Made by a program: the position numbers and the translations under genes | Part shown: one piece after another, positions 62,777-64,000 of the stretch | Position numbering within the stretch: position 1 is the stretch's first letter | Layout of the letters: each line of letters begins with the position of its first letter | The notes under the pieces: model-generated | Database searches by the model: none | The model's input: the letters and a program-made list of their open reading frames with translations, nothing else | What the model was told of the DNA's origin: nothing | DNA from: Octopus vulgaris | Lineage: Eukaryota | Length of the DNA stretch: 64,000 bases | Assembly (NCBI GenBank): GCA_951406725.2 | Contig: OX597824.1 | Coordinates: 35,898,001 to 35,962,000, forward strand | Direction of reading: 5' to 3'

Positions 62777-63923
62777 ATGCGACCCTCAAGCATTAACCTG
62801 CCGATCGGCGTCGTAGACTGAAGTCATACTGAAACGTGGTGCCTCTTTGTTTTACAGTGTTTCTCCCGTTTTCATCGATTTTTACGATGGCTGAAACGAA
62901 AGGACAGCGTGCTTCAGTGAAATTCTGGGTTCTGGGAAAAACGGTGGCTGAAAACCTGGTCACGCTTGAAACAGCTTACAAAACCTCTGCCATGAGCAAA
63001 ACACAAGTTTGTGAGCGGTTTCCACGCTTTAGAAATGGTCACTTATTACTTGAAGACCAATATTGTTCAAGGTAAACGTCGACCTCCCGAACGGATGAAA
63101 GCATCACGAAAATTCATGAACTCGGAGGACCGTTGCCTAACAGTTGAACTTGCTGATATGAGTGGTGTGTCCTGAAGTTTCTAACGAATTTTGAGCGAAG
63201 AATTGCGAATGAAAAGCATTGTAGAAAAATTGGGTCTCACTTGCACATGCGCGTCGTGAACTGAAGAACTGTTGGAATTTGATCAGGACCATTTTTCGAA
63301 GGTTATCACTAGTGACGAAAGCGGATGCTACGGTTACGACCCGGAAACGAAGCAGCAATAAAGTCAGTGGAGACATTCAATGTCCCCACATCCCCAAAAA
63401 GCGTGTCAAAAGTTCAATGTCAAGACGATACTGATTTGCTTCATTGATAACGAAAGGAATTGTCCACACAAAATTTATTCCTCCTGGACAACCTGTTAAC
63501 AAGACATTTTCTTAGCAGTTTGCAAGACGCGGTGAGACGAAAACACTCCGACCAGTGGCAAAGTGGAGAATGGTGGTTTCATCACGACAATGCACCTACG
63601 CACACCACCGCCTTGAGTGTGAAACAGTTTTCGACCAAAAGCGGCATGACCCAGCTTACCGACCCTCCCTATTCACCCGATCTTGCTCCCAGCAACTTTT
63701 TTTTCGTTCTCTTGAATTAAAGAGGTCCTTAAAGGAAAACATTTTGCAGATGTGGAATAGGTGAAGAAAGAAACAACGAAGGCGTTAAAAGCATCATTTA
63801 ACAAGAGTTCTAGGACATTGCTTCAAATGGAGAATACTGTGAAGGCGATAAAAGTGTAAACATGTAAAACTAAGTGAATAAAATAATATTGCAAAATCCC
63901 GGTTTCTTTGAGGTGCTCCCTCG
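62777..63923 (+). mobile_element. mariner-family transposon relic with disrupted transposase (ATG 62887)
   Basis: MAETKGQRASVKF..SKTQV..RFRNG..LED..S, ITSDESGCYGYDPETKQQ*SQW, WWFHHDNAPTH, PPYSPDLAPSNFF. Right end ..CTCCCTCG|TA; left TIR not clearly retained. Confidence 0.9.
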
Positions 63924-64000
63924 TATATAAACATAAACATAACGATAACTCTTCTCAACGTAAACATAACGACGTAAGAAATTTGAAAAGCTGAACGCGA

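Overview
AT-rich, microsatellite- and repeat-dense eukaryotic DNA. The SINE families and repeat landscape suggest an octopus or other coleoid cephalopod (inference). One intact protein-coding gene is present on the + strand: ZFYVE1/DFCP1, with 11 coding exons from 9767 to 41572, all GT-AG and phase-compatible, 2706 nt, 901 aa (two B-box-like Zn fingers, a P-loop NTPase domain, two FYVE domains). The rest is mostly transposon-derived: a degraded R4/Dong-type LINE, RTE and CR1-like LINE fragments, two Tc1/mariner relics, MITEs with visible TIRs/TSDs, many tRNA-derived SINEs and several Penelope-like element (PLE) remnants with GIY-YIG endonuclease sequence. The main unexplained structures are: (i) several minimal type I hammerhead-ribozyme motifs, including an apparently intact G3-C8 covariant inside a 287-bp palindrome just upstream of the last ZFYVE1 exon; (ii) a 556-nt unit bounded by two tandem hammerhead motifs; (iii) a ~1.7-kb near-perfect palindrome in intron 2 that ends exactly at a PLE inversion junction; (iv) a strong-context uORF whose stop overlaps the ZFYVE1 start codon. 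Everything was read by eye; no searches or folding were run.
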